A DNA stretch of 45,085 bases from a virus (IMGVR_UViG_3300038679_000166:1-45085); one strand, 5' to 3'; shown: positions 25,799 through 34,294, counted from the first letter of the stretch. The notes: generated from the sequence alone by a model not told the origin. Translations and numbers: made by a program.

Positions 25799-26100
25799 TT
25801 TACGCCCTCATCCCCCGGCGGGGGAAGCTCCGCGCCGAAGTACGCCCAGCGCATAACTTCCTGAACCTCCCGGGCGAAGGGGATAAGCGGCGGCGACAGA
25901 TCCATGATCCGCTCCGGCGTCATGTCCGGGTGTTTATCCCTGAGTCCCGTTGATGCCACGGCCGCCAGGATCTCCGCCTTGAACAGGTTCGGGTTGTCGC
26001 CGTACATGGCCTCTATTTCGGCAAGGGCGCGCCAGGGAAAGCGCAGGGTGTAGGCCGTGCCGTTTATCGTTACCGTCTTTTCGCCCGTTACGGGATTCAC
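25714..26100 (-). CDS. Tail assembly chaperone (gpG-like)
   Basis: VTINGTAYTLRF..ALAEIE. Lies between the tube and TMP genes and has a slippery A9C near its end. Confidence 0.8.
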   Translation of the reverse strand: MNPVTGEKTVTINGTAYTLRFPWRALAEIEAMYGDNPNLFKAEILAAVASTGLRDKHPDMTPERIMDLSPPLIPFAREVQEVMRWAYFGAELPPPGDEGVKKNLPGGGLWQCLKRLSGRVFRRKTSGI

Positions 26101-26101
26101 A

Positions 26102-26245
26102 TTTCCTCCTTCGTCGGAAAGCAGGTAAAAGGTTAAAGGCTAAAGGTTAAAGGCTAAAGGTTTAAACCTTGTACCTTTCACCTTGCACCTTTCCCCTTGC
26201 CCCTTTCCCCTTTCCCCTTGCACCTTGCCCCTTGCTCCTGCTTTT
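26102..26245. repeat. AAGG-heptamer hairpin element with RBS cassette
   Basis: Centre AAGGTTTAAACCTT. The end cassette supplies AAGGAGG for the chaperone gene. Confidence 0.9.
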
Positions 26246-26246
26246 A

Positions 26247-26894
26247 TCATGCAAACGTTACTGCCCCGGTGATCTTGAGGGTAACGGACCCTGAGAGCTT
26301 GCCGTCAACCGCCGCGCTCGGCCCGGAGACGTTCATCACGTAGGCGGAGAAGGTAGCGGTTGAGTCGTCGGAGTAGGTCACTTTGAAGGTTGTGAGCGCC
26401 CGCGAAATGCGGACAGCCCGCAGGGCAGCCTGGCCCACATCGTCAAAGAGCCAGTTGAGGCTGAAGGTGAATGTCCCCCAGTTGGCCAAACCGATCAAAA
26501 ACTCCTTTGCCGTTGACTGAAGGTGGGTACAGTCGATCTCTGTTGCCCCGCCGTCTTCCCGGTTGAGGTCCACCACCTCGCCGATTTCCGTGTACGTCTC
26601 CGGGGTCATGGTGGCGGAGTCGGTGTTGTCGGTGATGGTGAGCTCCGTGGAGTCAAGGTCGATGGCGAAGGTGTCGTCGGTGGCGTATTTCACCACGTAC
26701 TTATTGCTGTTGATCGATGCCGCGTCGTCGCCGGCAAAGAGCGCTGCCGCAACAACGTCGCCATTAGATAGCCCGTGGGCTACAGCGGTAAGCACTGTCG
26801 GGTTTGCGAGGACGATGGCGGTGATGGTGACCGCACCGCCCGTGCCGGTAGCCATTTCAAGCAGTGTGTCCTGGGATTCGATTGCGTCTGACAT
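26247..26894 (-). CDS. Major tail tube protein
   Basis: EIDCTHLQSTAKEFLIGL..G.F; an inserted small domain (ANPTVLTAVAHGLSNGDVV); TLKITGAV. Confidence 0.85.
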   Translation of the reverse strand: MSDAIESQDTLLEMATGTGGAVTITAIVLANPTVLTAVAHGLSNGDVVAAALFAGDDAASINSNKYVVKYATDDTFAIDLDSTELTITDNTDSATMTPETYTEIGEVVDLNREDGGATEIDCTHLQSTAKEFLIGLANWGTFTFSLNWLFDDVGQAALRAVRISRALTTFKVTYSDDSTATFSAYVMNVSGPSAAVDGKLSGSVTLKITGAVTFA

Positions 26895-26927
26895 GGTATG
26901 TTACCTCCTTTTTTCTGCGTCGGGCCG

Positions 26928-27371
26928 TCAGAATGTCCAGCGGGCCGCGCGGTATTCTATGGTCATACTGATGGTAATGCCTGCAATGGTGCGGTCTTCC
27001 TGCTCCATGATGATCTCATTGCGGGGCAGCAGGGTGGTGTACGCGAGGCCTCCCCACGTGGGGTCTGTCCCCACCGCGGTATAGATATCCTCGATGAGGT
27101 CGTACACGTCGCCGATGTCCGTTGCCCCCGGTGCGCATTTAATCTCGATATCAACCGAGATGGTGTTTTTCATCGACTTCATCGTCTCCTGCTCGTTCTC
27201 CGCGGTATGATCGCGGACCGAACACGAGGGAAGGTCTGATTCTGCGAAGGGGATTGTCCGCCAGTGTTTCACGTCGAGGCCGAGGGCGGTCTTATAGCCT
27301 GCAGTTTTCTTAATGCCTTGCAGCCTCGTCACCACGGCGGTGATAATCTGCTGTCTTATGCTGTCGCTCAT
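26928..27371 (-). CDS. Tail terminator (gpU position)
   Basis: SIRQQII.AV..RL..I...GY, LIEDIY.AV..DPTWGGLA, and synteny. Confidence 0.7.
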   Translation of the reverse strand: MSDSIRQQIITAVVTRLQGIKKTAGYKTALGLDVKHWRTIPFAESDLPSCSVRDHTAENEQETMKSMKNTISVDIEIKCAPGATDIGDVYDLIEDIYTAVGTDPTWGGLAYTTLLPRNEIIMEQEDRTIAGITISMTIEYRAARWTF

Positions 27372-27388
27372 ACTTCGCTCCGCAAGCA

Positions 27389-27530
27389 GGAGAAAGGGGA
27401 AAGGTTAAAAGAGAAAGGTGCAAGGCTAAAGGCTAAAGGTTTAAACTTTGAACCTTGCCCCTTTGACCTTGTACCTTTAACCTTGCACCTTCTACCTTGT
27501 GCCTTTAACCTTTTACCTTTAACCTTTTTC
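27389..27530. repeat. AAGG-heptamer hairpin element (intergenic)
   Basis: Centre AAGGTTTAAACTTT. Shares 63 bp in inverted orientation with 21790-21852. Confidence 0.9.
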
Positions 27531-27542
27531 ACTGGTTTCATA

Positions 27543-27836
27543 TCACTCCTTTGATAAAATCAGCAGCGTCATGCCGGTTCCGTCGGGCTGGATGCCGCTC
27601 ACGAAATAGGTGGTGCCGCCGATCTCAACGGTGCTGCCCTGGACCGCGGTGCTTACGTCTGTTGACGCGCAGAGGATCTGCGGGCCGTAGGATTCGACGC
27701 CGTTCACCAGGCGGAACGCATTGTCAAAGATGCCGGTGATGGCGGTGACGGAGTTCAGCGTGGCGTCCACAGCGAACTCGTCCGTGTTGAAGAACGTGGT
27801 CCCGATATCGGTCAGTATGTCAGCCTTTAAGGTCAT
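27543..27836 (-). CDS. Head-tail joining protein (gpFII-like)
   Basis: FFNTDEFA..GIFD..IQPDGTGMTLLIL. Confidence 0.75.
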   Translation of the reverse strand: MTLKADILTDIGTTFFNTDEFAVDATLNSVTAITGIFDNAFRLVNGVESYGPQILCASTDVSTAVQGSTVEIGGTTYFVSGIQPDGTGMTLLILSKE

Positions 27837-27852
27837 TGCTTACTCCGTGAAT

Positions 27853-27930
27853 AGGCGAGGGGCGAGAGGCACGAGGCTATAGGAGATAAAAGATCAAACC
27901 CATTGCCCATTGCCCATTGCCCATTGCCTG
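27853..27930. repeat. AGGCGAG-type arm plus (CCCATTG)4 heptamer arm
   Basis: Read directly. Same heptamer as 8398-8428 in the opposite orientation. Confidence 0.8.
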
Positions 27931-27939
27931 GTTGCTTTT

Positions 27940-28242
27940 TCATTCTTCCACCACCGGGAGGAGCGCGTCGAGCTCGTATTTGCTGCCGTCGCTCGCCGTT
28001 ATCTTGCAGGTGACCTGGTAGGTCTTGCCGGTTGTGCCCGCCTTGACCCACACGTAAACGGACCCGCCGGAGATGGACTGGGATCCCACGGTAGTGATGG
28101 TCGAGGTAACGTCGGAGTCGTCGGCGGTGTCGGTGGCCGTCACCGTGGCGGTTGAGATGGTGGCCGTGCCCAGGTACCGGGTAAAATCAAACTGGATGTA
28201 GTATGCTTCGTAGGGCTGCTTTGCCCCGAGTGATAGTCTCAT
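27940..28242 (-). CDS. Small virion adaptor-like protein
   Basis: KQP.E...FDFT.YL..TISTA..VWVKAGT.GKTY.VTC.ITASDG pattern. Confidence 0.55.
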   Translation of the reverse strand: MRLSLGAKQPYEAYYIQFDFTRYLGTATISTATVTATDTADDSDVTSTITTVGSQSISGGSVYVWVKAGTTGKTYQVTCKITASDGSKYELDALLPVVEE

Positions 28243-29291
28243 GCTGCGCTCCTTGTGCGGCGGCTGGGTGCTTTGGCTGCAATGACCCTTATCGGGGCCT
28301 GGGCGATGACGCGCCTGTTGGGGGCATAGATGATGTCGTGAGGGGTAATAGCCCCGCCGGTGAGATAAAAGTCAACGTCCGTGCCGGTGAGGGCAAAGCT
28401 TCCGGATCCGGCGGCCATGATGATGGCCCGCAGGAAAGCAAGGTCCTCGCCGGTAAGGGTGTATGACCCCGCTCCCGCGATGATGGCCCTGGTAATGAGC
28501 AAGGCGGCGTTTGTGCCGGTGATGGTGAGGGAGTCTCCTTCGGCTGACAGGAGGGACGATTTGAGGAGATCGGCGGCAAGACCGGTGATCTCGATGATTC
28601 CAGCGGCGCATGTGAGGATATACGAGCCGACGGGTGTATAGGTGAGGGTAACGTCAGACCCCGTAAATCCATACGAGCCTGACAGGGCAGAGACAACGGC
28701 AGATCGCAGAAGAGTTGCCGCCTGGCCTGATACCGTGAATTCCCCTGCCCCTGCCGACAGGACAAGGCTTCGGAAAAAGTCTGCGTCTGTTCCCGTTATC
28801 TCATATTCACCAACCGCCGCACTTAGCACCCTGCTTATCAGAAGGTCAGCGTCCGTTCCTGTCAGGGTTATTGAATCGCCCTCTGCGTCAAGCCTGTATG
28901 ATGCGAGTAAGGTTGCATCTGTCCCTGTCAGGACGAATGACCCGCCCTCTGCCGTTAAGGTATAGCCGCCAGTGGGGGTGAAGGTTAATGTCGCATCTGA
29001 TCCGCTTAGGGTGTATTCTCCACCGCCTGCCCCTAATATCAAGCTTCTCAGTAATGCTGCTGCTGTTCCCGTTATCTCGTAGGTTCCCCCTGCTGCTGCA
29101 AGGACGGCACTCTTGAGCAAAGCTGCTGCCGTACCTGTCTGAGCGTATGAACCAGCATCTGCTGTGAGAGTGTAGGTTGTTGCACCTTCCTCAGCTTCAT
29201 AGTAGTACCCGAACAGTCCACCATCACTCCACCTGATAGTGGAATCAGCTAATACCGCCTGTCCGTCAGCCCACTTTATTTCAGTTGCCAT
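28239..29291 (-). CDS. Repetitive fibre-like protein (about 25-aa LxAxxGxY/FxLTGTxAxL repeats)
   Basis: Roughly a dozen tandem repeats visible in the translation. Confidence 0.7.
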   Translation of the reverse strand: MATEIKWADGQAVLADSTIRWSDGGLFGYYYEAEEGATTYTLTADAGSYAQTGTAAALLKSAVLAAAGGTYEITGTAAALLRSLILGAGGGEYTLSGSDATLTFTPTGGYTLTAEGGSFVLTGTDATLLASYRLDAEGDSITLTGTDADLLISRVLSAAVGEYEITGTDADFFRSLVLSAGAGEFTVSGQAATLLRSAVVSALSGSYGFTGSDVTLTYTPVGSYILTCAAGIIEITGLAADLLKSSLLSAEGDSLTITGTNAALLITRAIIAGAGSYTLTGEDLAFLRAIIMAAGSGSFALTGTDVDFYLTGGAITPHDIIYAPNRRVIAQAPIRVIAAKAPSRRTRSAA

Positions 29292-29297
29292 CTATCC

Positions 29298-31181
29298 TCA
29301 CGTTATTGTTGGTTCTGGCCAGATAAAGACTTCCAACCCTGCTTCGTACTCTGTCAAATACATATCAATATCCACCCAACCATCTAATGCTGTCGTAATT
29401 GAGATTGCTAATGTTTGTGTCCAGTCAGTGTCACTTGTTTTTGTATTTATAGCTTGAGAGTCGGTTGACCGTGTTATTGTAAATGGTGAGTCATCACTAA
29501 TATAGGTTGCCCCTATGACAAGTCCATCGTCAGCGATTCCACCTCCTGATGAAAAAGTAGTATAAACCTTGAAGGTTATGGTGTGGGAACCAGCGGCTAA
29601 CCAGATACGAAACGGATTCAACTCACTGAATATAGGTAATTCCAATGGCGGGATCGAAAGTATTGCTTGAAGGTTTGATACTTCTATGCAATAACCACTA
29701 CCACCATCAGGGTCTTGATCTGGGTAGTCAGCCGTTGCCCCATCACAGGCTGTCATTAATATATCACCGTTAGAATGGTATGTTCGCTGGTCATTTGCTA
29801 TATTGTTAAAGTGTCCAAATTTAAAGCTGCCTGTGCTTGCTATCGCTCCCTTTGATGTACTTCCTGCCCAGCTTTCAGGCAAATCGGTATTTACTATTAC
29901 CCCTTCTCCACCAACTGAATAAACAAAATCAGTTGTGTTATTAGCGACAGACCCACCTATTATTTTACCTACCCCACCATACCAGAAATATTGATTAAAC
30001 TGCCATGTGCAATCAATGAGATGTGAACAAACAGTTCCATAGGGTGGAGCGTAACAACTACCAATAAAGTTACAGGAGTAAAACCTTGCAAAATAGGTAT
30101 TATTCCATGCATAACATGAGATAAAATCGCAGTTGGTAAAAAGCATTTTAAAAGTAGTATTAAGTGCATATGGTAGACCAATAATTGTACAATCTGTACA
30201 TTTCCCGTAGGTTGAAGATTGACTTTGAATAGATTGAATCCATAGAAAAACACAGTTTGCGTAAACTACACTATTACAAGACGCCCCATAATTGTTCCCA
30301 TTCCTGAATAAAGAATAGGAATGTGTCATATAGTTGACACGGACTATTTCGTAGATTCCAACCAATGAGGCATATGAAGTTTTAAACTGATTAGCTGTAT
30401 GGGCAGAACCACTGTAAATTCTTGGTCTGCTTGTATTCTGGTTTCCAGCAGTCAAAGTTGCCCCTGATTTTCCAACTTTCACATTTCTGGTAATATTGTA
30501 AACTGTTGATGTCCATGTACTGCCTACTCCAGCGGTACAAGCTGATATAGCAGAGCTTAATTGAATTGTTGTTCCAGTAATAGCAAGGATTGTCCTTTGA
30601 ACATAGGCATCCGTATAGCTTGTTCCATCCCCTTGCTTTTCCCATCGTATAAGTAATTCATCCCCTATTGTCCAATCTGCCGACCTATCCTCATTTGTAA
30701 TGATAGTATCATCAGCATCTGTATTTTCTGCATCATTAGCAAGAGTAGCCGTTTCATTGGTGTATTGTGCAGACCCATAGAAATAGCATTCTGCCCCACT
30801 TGCTCCAGCAAAACTGATTCCTTTTGAATTGTCACCCGTTGTATTCCAGTACAGTTCTGCGGTATGATCTGCCTCTATTGGATTTGCGGCAGTTCCTACA
30901 TTTAGTTTTCCTGATGACCCTATTGTAAGGTCAACATGGGCAAATACTAATTTTGTATCCATACTCTTTAAGAAGGTAAGGGTTCCGTTAACAGTGCTTG
31001 CCCCAAGCTCATTTGCTTCTGACACATTGTATATAACCGTATCCCCTGCGGTTATTGTAAAGGTATCACCAGCATTTCCAGGCCAGTCAGTTCCTTTAGA
31101 GCCAGGAGATGTGTTGCCCCATGTTGCTCCATCATTCCAGTTTCCACTACCACCACTCAATGCTGATGCAAAAGCTGCCAT
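29298..31181 (-). CDS. G8-like domain plus right-handed beta-helix protein (AT-rich)
   Basis: SGNWNDGATW..TITAGDTV..TVNGTLTF..GKLNVGTAANPI, then Cys/Asn-ladder repeats. Confidence 0.65.
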   Translation of the reverse strand: MAAFASALSGGSGNWNDGATWGNTSPGSKGTDWPGNAGDTFTITAGDTVIYNVSEANELGASTVNGTLTFLKSMDTKLVFAHVDLTIGSSGKLNVGTAANPIEADHTAELYWNTTGDNSKGISFAGASGAECYFYGSAQYTNETATLANDAENTDADDTIITNEDRSADWTIGDELLIRWEKQGDGTSYTDAYVQRTILAITGTTIQLSSAISACTAGVGSTWTSTVYNITRNVKVGKSGATLTAGNQNTSRPRIYSGSAHTANQFKTSYASLVGIYEIVRVNYMTHSYSLFRNGNNYGASCNSVVYANCVFLWIQSIQSQSSTYGKCTDCTIIGLPYALNTTFKMLFTNCDFISCYAWNNTYFARFYSCNFIGSCYAPPYGTVCSHLIDCTWQFNQYFWYGGVGKIIGGSVANNTTDFVYSVGGEGVIVNTDLPESWAGSTSKGAIASTGSFKFGHFNNIANDQRTYHSNGDILMTACDGATADYPDQDPDGGSGYCIEVSNLQAILSIPPLELPIFSELNPFRIWLAAGSHTITFKVYTTFSSGGGIADDGLVIGATYISDDSPFTITRSTDSQAINTKTSDTDWTQTLAISITTALDGWVDIDMYLTEYEAGLEVFIWPEPTIT

Positions 31182-31552
31182 TAGGGTTTAACCTCCGATG
31201 CTGATATTATCTCTGTTTTCGATTTAATATCAGTTATTTCTTCATCTTTTGTAAGTAACTCCTTAGATACCAAAATGGCTTTTATCTCCGCTTCTTTGGC
31301 TGCAACAGCATCATCTACCATCTTTATCATAGGGTCTGGAGGTGGTGGAAGAGGTTCAACATCTATCCCTTTCAGCCTTTCAACAATTACTGTTACCAGT
31401 TCCATTTCTTCTATCTTCATAGAAGACACTGGCACGACATCGTTGATATGCGTTCCGTCTGGTCTTGCCACAGTATAACGGCACTCTGGCCCCCACGGAC
31501 GATTTATCAGCTTATGGGTTATGTATGTGTAGCCTTCTATTTCTAATGCCAT
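31181..31552 (-). CDS. Hypothetical protein
   Basis: GAGGTAGG RBS, coupled to the next gene. Confidence 0.6.
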   Translation of the reverse strand: MALEIEGYTYITHKLINRPWGPECRYTVARPDGTHINDVVPVSSMKIEEMELVTVIVERLKGIDVEPLPPPPDPMIKMVDDAVAAKEAEIKAILVSKELLTKDEEITDIKSKTEIISASEVKP

Positions 31553-31555
31553 GGC

Positions 31556-31756
31556 CTACCTCAACTTTGCTGTCTTGAACTCATACTCACAGTGCGGACA
31601 AACAAAAGTAAGGATGTTTCCATCCTCTTCTTTTAGTTTCAACTCAACCCTCAACCCACGTTTCGGACAGTCGTGCCAAAGACGTGGAAAGTATTCCATC
31701 CTTTCTTTATTCAAAACATTGTCCACAATATACATACCTTCTGATAATCTTCTCAT
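31556..31756 (-). CDS. Small zinc-ribbon protein
   Basis: HDCP..FVCPHC and an AAGGAGG RBS. Confidence 0.55.
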   Translation of the reverse strand: MRRLSEGMYIVDNVLNKERMEYFPRLWHDCPKRGLRVELKLKEEDGNILTFVCPHCEYEFKTAKLR

Positions 31757-31769
31757 GGTATTCCTCCTT

Positions 31770-32180
31770 TTATACTAATGTGAACAGGCTTGCCCCAAAG
31801 TCCACTTTGAACTTCTCTCCTGCTGCAAGGGTTACAGGTGAACCATAGTCCCACCAACAAACAAGAGCATCCGAGCCATGAGTATCATTGTAGATAACAG
31901 CATACTGGAATGGACCAACTGCCCCTTCTGCCGTCCACTCGACATCAACTGCCGTAACAGTCAACGTACCATCAGCTTCACTCAGGTCATTCTGGATATC
32001 AGCTGCTGCATACCCATTTTCCTCAGTGAGGCCAGCAAGGTCTGTCTTGACAGAATCAGCTGAAGCAGATGGAGCGTTGTTGGTAAGGTAGACTTTCAAC
32101 ACATCTCCTGCTGCATGAAGGTGATGAAGCCCCTTGCCTAATTCCTCTACAAAATTCTGAAATTTGTTATAAGTTGCCAT
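31770..32180 (-). CDS. Virion structural protein (fibre or decoration associated)
   Basis: YNKF..LKVYLTN..GPFQYAVIYNDT..LVCWWDYGS.VTLAAGE.F.VDF pattern and an AGGAGG RBS. Confidence 0.6.
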   Translation of the reverse strand: MATYNKFQNFVEELGKGLHHLHAAGDVLKVYLTNNAPSASADSVKTDLAGLTEENGYAAADIQNDLSEADGTLTVTAVDVEWTAEGAVGPFQYAVIYNDTHGSDALVCWWDYGSPVTLAAGEKFKVDFGASLFTLV

Positions 32181-32201
32181 GGTTTCCTCCTAAAACAATT
32201 T

Positions 32202-32528
32202 TCATTTTGCCCTCAGATTCAACGGTTTATTCGGTGTCACCACTCCACTTATCTCATTGCTCGGTACACTCTCATACTCACCCTGATAGGCTGTAGCAAC
32301 AAAGTATTTCAAGCCGTTGGATGTGGTGAATGTGACCTGTGTTGCTGTCGAAGGGGTAATGGTTGCTACCTTGTTAACAGGGGCAACCACCACATTTGGT
32401 GAGTTGGACACGTAGACGTTGAAGCCGTCTGCAAGGTCGGTGTAGGCATCCCATTCAAGGGTGACCGTTCCGGCACAGCCGTATCCTGCGGTGAGGATAA
32501 GGATAAGGGTGATGATAAGGGTTTTCAT
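32202..32528 (-). CDS. Signal peptide plus single fibronectin type III domain
   Basis: VTLEWDA..GFNVY..YFVATAY...ESVPSNEI. Confidence 0.75.
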   Translation of the reverse strand: MKTLIITLILILTAGYGCAGTVTLEWDAYTDLADGFNVYVSNSPNVVVAPVNKVATITPSTATQVTFTTSNGLKYFVATAYQGEYESVPSNEISGVVTPNKPLNLRAK

Positions 32529-32555
32529 AATTGCTCCTTTAAAATCGGTGATACG

Positions 32556-32729
32556 TCATTCTTTTTTTCCCGTGTACCAGCCGATGACGACGACGCAGAT
32601 CCCGACGATGGAGACCTGCACCTGGGCGGGTACCTGAAAATCAATGTTAAAAAACGACATCACCCAGTTGAGGATGATGGCAATGCCGGCGATGACGCCC
32701 ACTATTGTGGTGTTGAGGTCTTTTCCCAT
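32556..32729 (-). CDS. Holin-like two-TM protein (57 aa, not in ORF track)
   Basis: MGKDLNTTIVGVIAGIAIILNWVMSFF..SIVGICVVVIGWYTGKKE, AGGAG RBS, located in the lysis region. Confidence 0.55.
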   Translation of the reverse strand: MGKDLNTTIVGVIAGIAIILNWVMSFFNIDFQVPAQVQVSIVGICVVVIGWYTGKKE

Positions 32730-32732
32730 GGG

Positions 32733-33260
32733 TCACGCTCCTGTCAGAAATACTTTGAACCACTTGTAGAGGCTGACGCCGTATTCGTCCCAGTAGAACT
32801 TGCCACCCACGTATTCGAGGCGGACCACGGGGCCGATAAGCCTGCCTTTGTCCTCGTTGGTGATGGTGGGCTGGGCGCAGAGGGTGTCAAGCTCGTCGAT
32901 GGTCTCCTGGATGTAGTACGGCACCTTGCGCTTGTAGTCGCTGGACGATACGCCTTTGATGAGGCCGGAGACATACGGCCAGTGCTCTTTTACCTTGTCC
33001 GCGCTTGCCAGGCCTATCTTTGCGGAGTTGGCGAAGGAGTCGGCCACGTTCCCTCCGATCTTGGTGGCCACGTGGGATGTGGCACAACCGAATAAGGCAG
33101 TGGTAAGGATTGAGGGGATAAGGATTAGAAAGAGCAGGGCAAGGTTGCGACGTCGCTTGGGTGCTCCTCGCAATGACAGGCTTTCTTGAGGGTGATCTCG
33201 CAATGACAGGCTTTTTAATCCATAACCCATAATCCCTAATCCTGGTTTTCTCATATCCAT
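32733..33260 (-). CDS. Lipoprotein with repeat-derived N-terminus
   Basis: Lipobox LFGC. The leader is encoded by the composite repeat at 33103-33245. Confidence 0.6.
   Translation of the reverse strand: MDMRKPGLGIMGYGLKSLSLRDHPQESLSLRGAPKRRRNLALLFLILIPSILTTALFGCATSHVATKIGGNVADSFANSAKIGLASADKVKEHWPYVSGLIKGVSSSDYKRKVPYYIQETIDELDTLCAQPTITNEDKGRLIGPVVRLEYVGGKFYWDEYGVSLYKWFKVFLTGA
33103..33245. repeat. Composite heptamer/REP element in frame in the lipoprotein leader
   Basis: REP at 33143-33177, partial REP ending at 33207, arms like those at 6553-6660. Confidence 0.85.
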
Positions 33261-33853
33261 TCTCCTTCAAAGATGATCTCATAATGCTTGCTGATGCGCC
33301 ATTCGTCGGCGAGGTTGTCGGGGTTGATGCCCCACCAGTTGCGCCGCAGCTCGCATTCAAATTCGAACTTGGCGACGAGCTCGGAACACACCGGGTATTT
33401 CCAGTGCACGTATTTGGCCAGGCCGAGGGCGTGGAGCGGGAGCCTCGGGAACGGGTACATATTGCCGTTGAGCTTGGCGATCTTTGGCCAGGCGTCTTCA
33501 AAGCGCTTTTCGGTCATGAGCTTGTGGCATGCGATGATGACCGGGCAGCCTTTATACGCGTCGAGGCCGCTGTACCTGATTTTCCAGAGGGCCTCGAAGG
33601 TGCGGCCTTTGGTGCCGACGATGATGCCGGCGTGGTTATACGTGCTCTCGTTGTCAACGGATTTGGCTTTCTGAAAGAAGTTTATGGCGTGGGCGAGGCT
33701 GCTGCCTGAGTTGACGGCGAATACCATGCCCGCCGCCAGGGCGGGACGGGGCGCGGGCGGGAAAGGGTTAGAACCTTGAACCTTGAACCTTGAACCGTTG
33801 TTATCGGTCGCTGAGGATTCGTTCTGCTGCATTTTTTTGACCTGTTGAACCAT
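33251..33853 (-). CDS. Permuted papain-like amidase (YaeF/YiiX-type)
   Basis: YNHAGII precedes VCSELVA (His before Cys), plus NPDNL. (CCTTGAA)3 insert at 33760-33797. Confidence 0.7.
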   Translation of the reverse strand: MVQQVKKMQQNESSATDNNGSRFKVQGSNPFPPAPRPALAAGMVFAVNSGSSLAHAINFFQKAKSVDNESTYNHAGIIVGTKGRTFEALWKIRYSGLDAYKGCPVIIACHKLMTEKRFEDAWPKIAKLNGNMYPFPRLPLHALGLAKYVHWKYPVCSELVAKFEFECELRRNWWGINPDNLADEWRISKHYEIIFEGEWI

Positions 33854-34294
33854 CTATGCCTCCACCGCTATGCGGAACGCGTCCAGGTCGAACAGCGTGC
33901 CCGGACAGGTCTTGTTTGCGAAATCCCTATGGCCGTGAATGCGGGCCGTGGGGATGGCGTACTGGCGGCAGAGCCACTTGACCAGGGCAACGCCCTTTTT
34001 CCATTGTTCGGCAGGGGGCGGGGCCTCGTCGAAATTGCCGACGAAGCAGACGCCGAGCGTGTGGTTGTTCTGGCCGGCGGTGTGGGCGCCGGGAATGTCA
34101 GGCATGCGGCCGATAAGTATCTCATAGCTGCCCTTCGAATCTCCGGGATCCGCGACGTGCTCGATGCCGAAGTGGTAGCCGATATCCTGCCACGCGCATG
34201 CATTGATGTGGTAGCGGCGGATGGCGTTCCAGGACACGGTGCCGGAGTCTTTGGTTGCGCTGTGATGGAGTATGATGCGGTCGGGTATCAACAT
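33854..34294 (-). CDS. Endolysin, N-acetylmuramoyl-L-alanine amidase (Amidase_2); open in frame upstream to 34498
   Basis: IILHHSAT, WQDIGYHF, GAHT.GQN, GVCFVGNFD, IHGHRD..KTCPG. Confidence 0.9.
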   Translation of the reverse strand: MLIPDRIILHHSATKDSGTVSWNAIRRYHINACAWQDIGYHFGIEHVADPGDSKGSYEILIGRMPDIPGAHTAGQNNHTLGVCFVGNFDEAPPPAEQWKKGVALVKWLCRQYAIPTARIHGHRDFANKTCPGTLFDLDAFRIAVEA

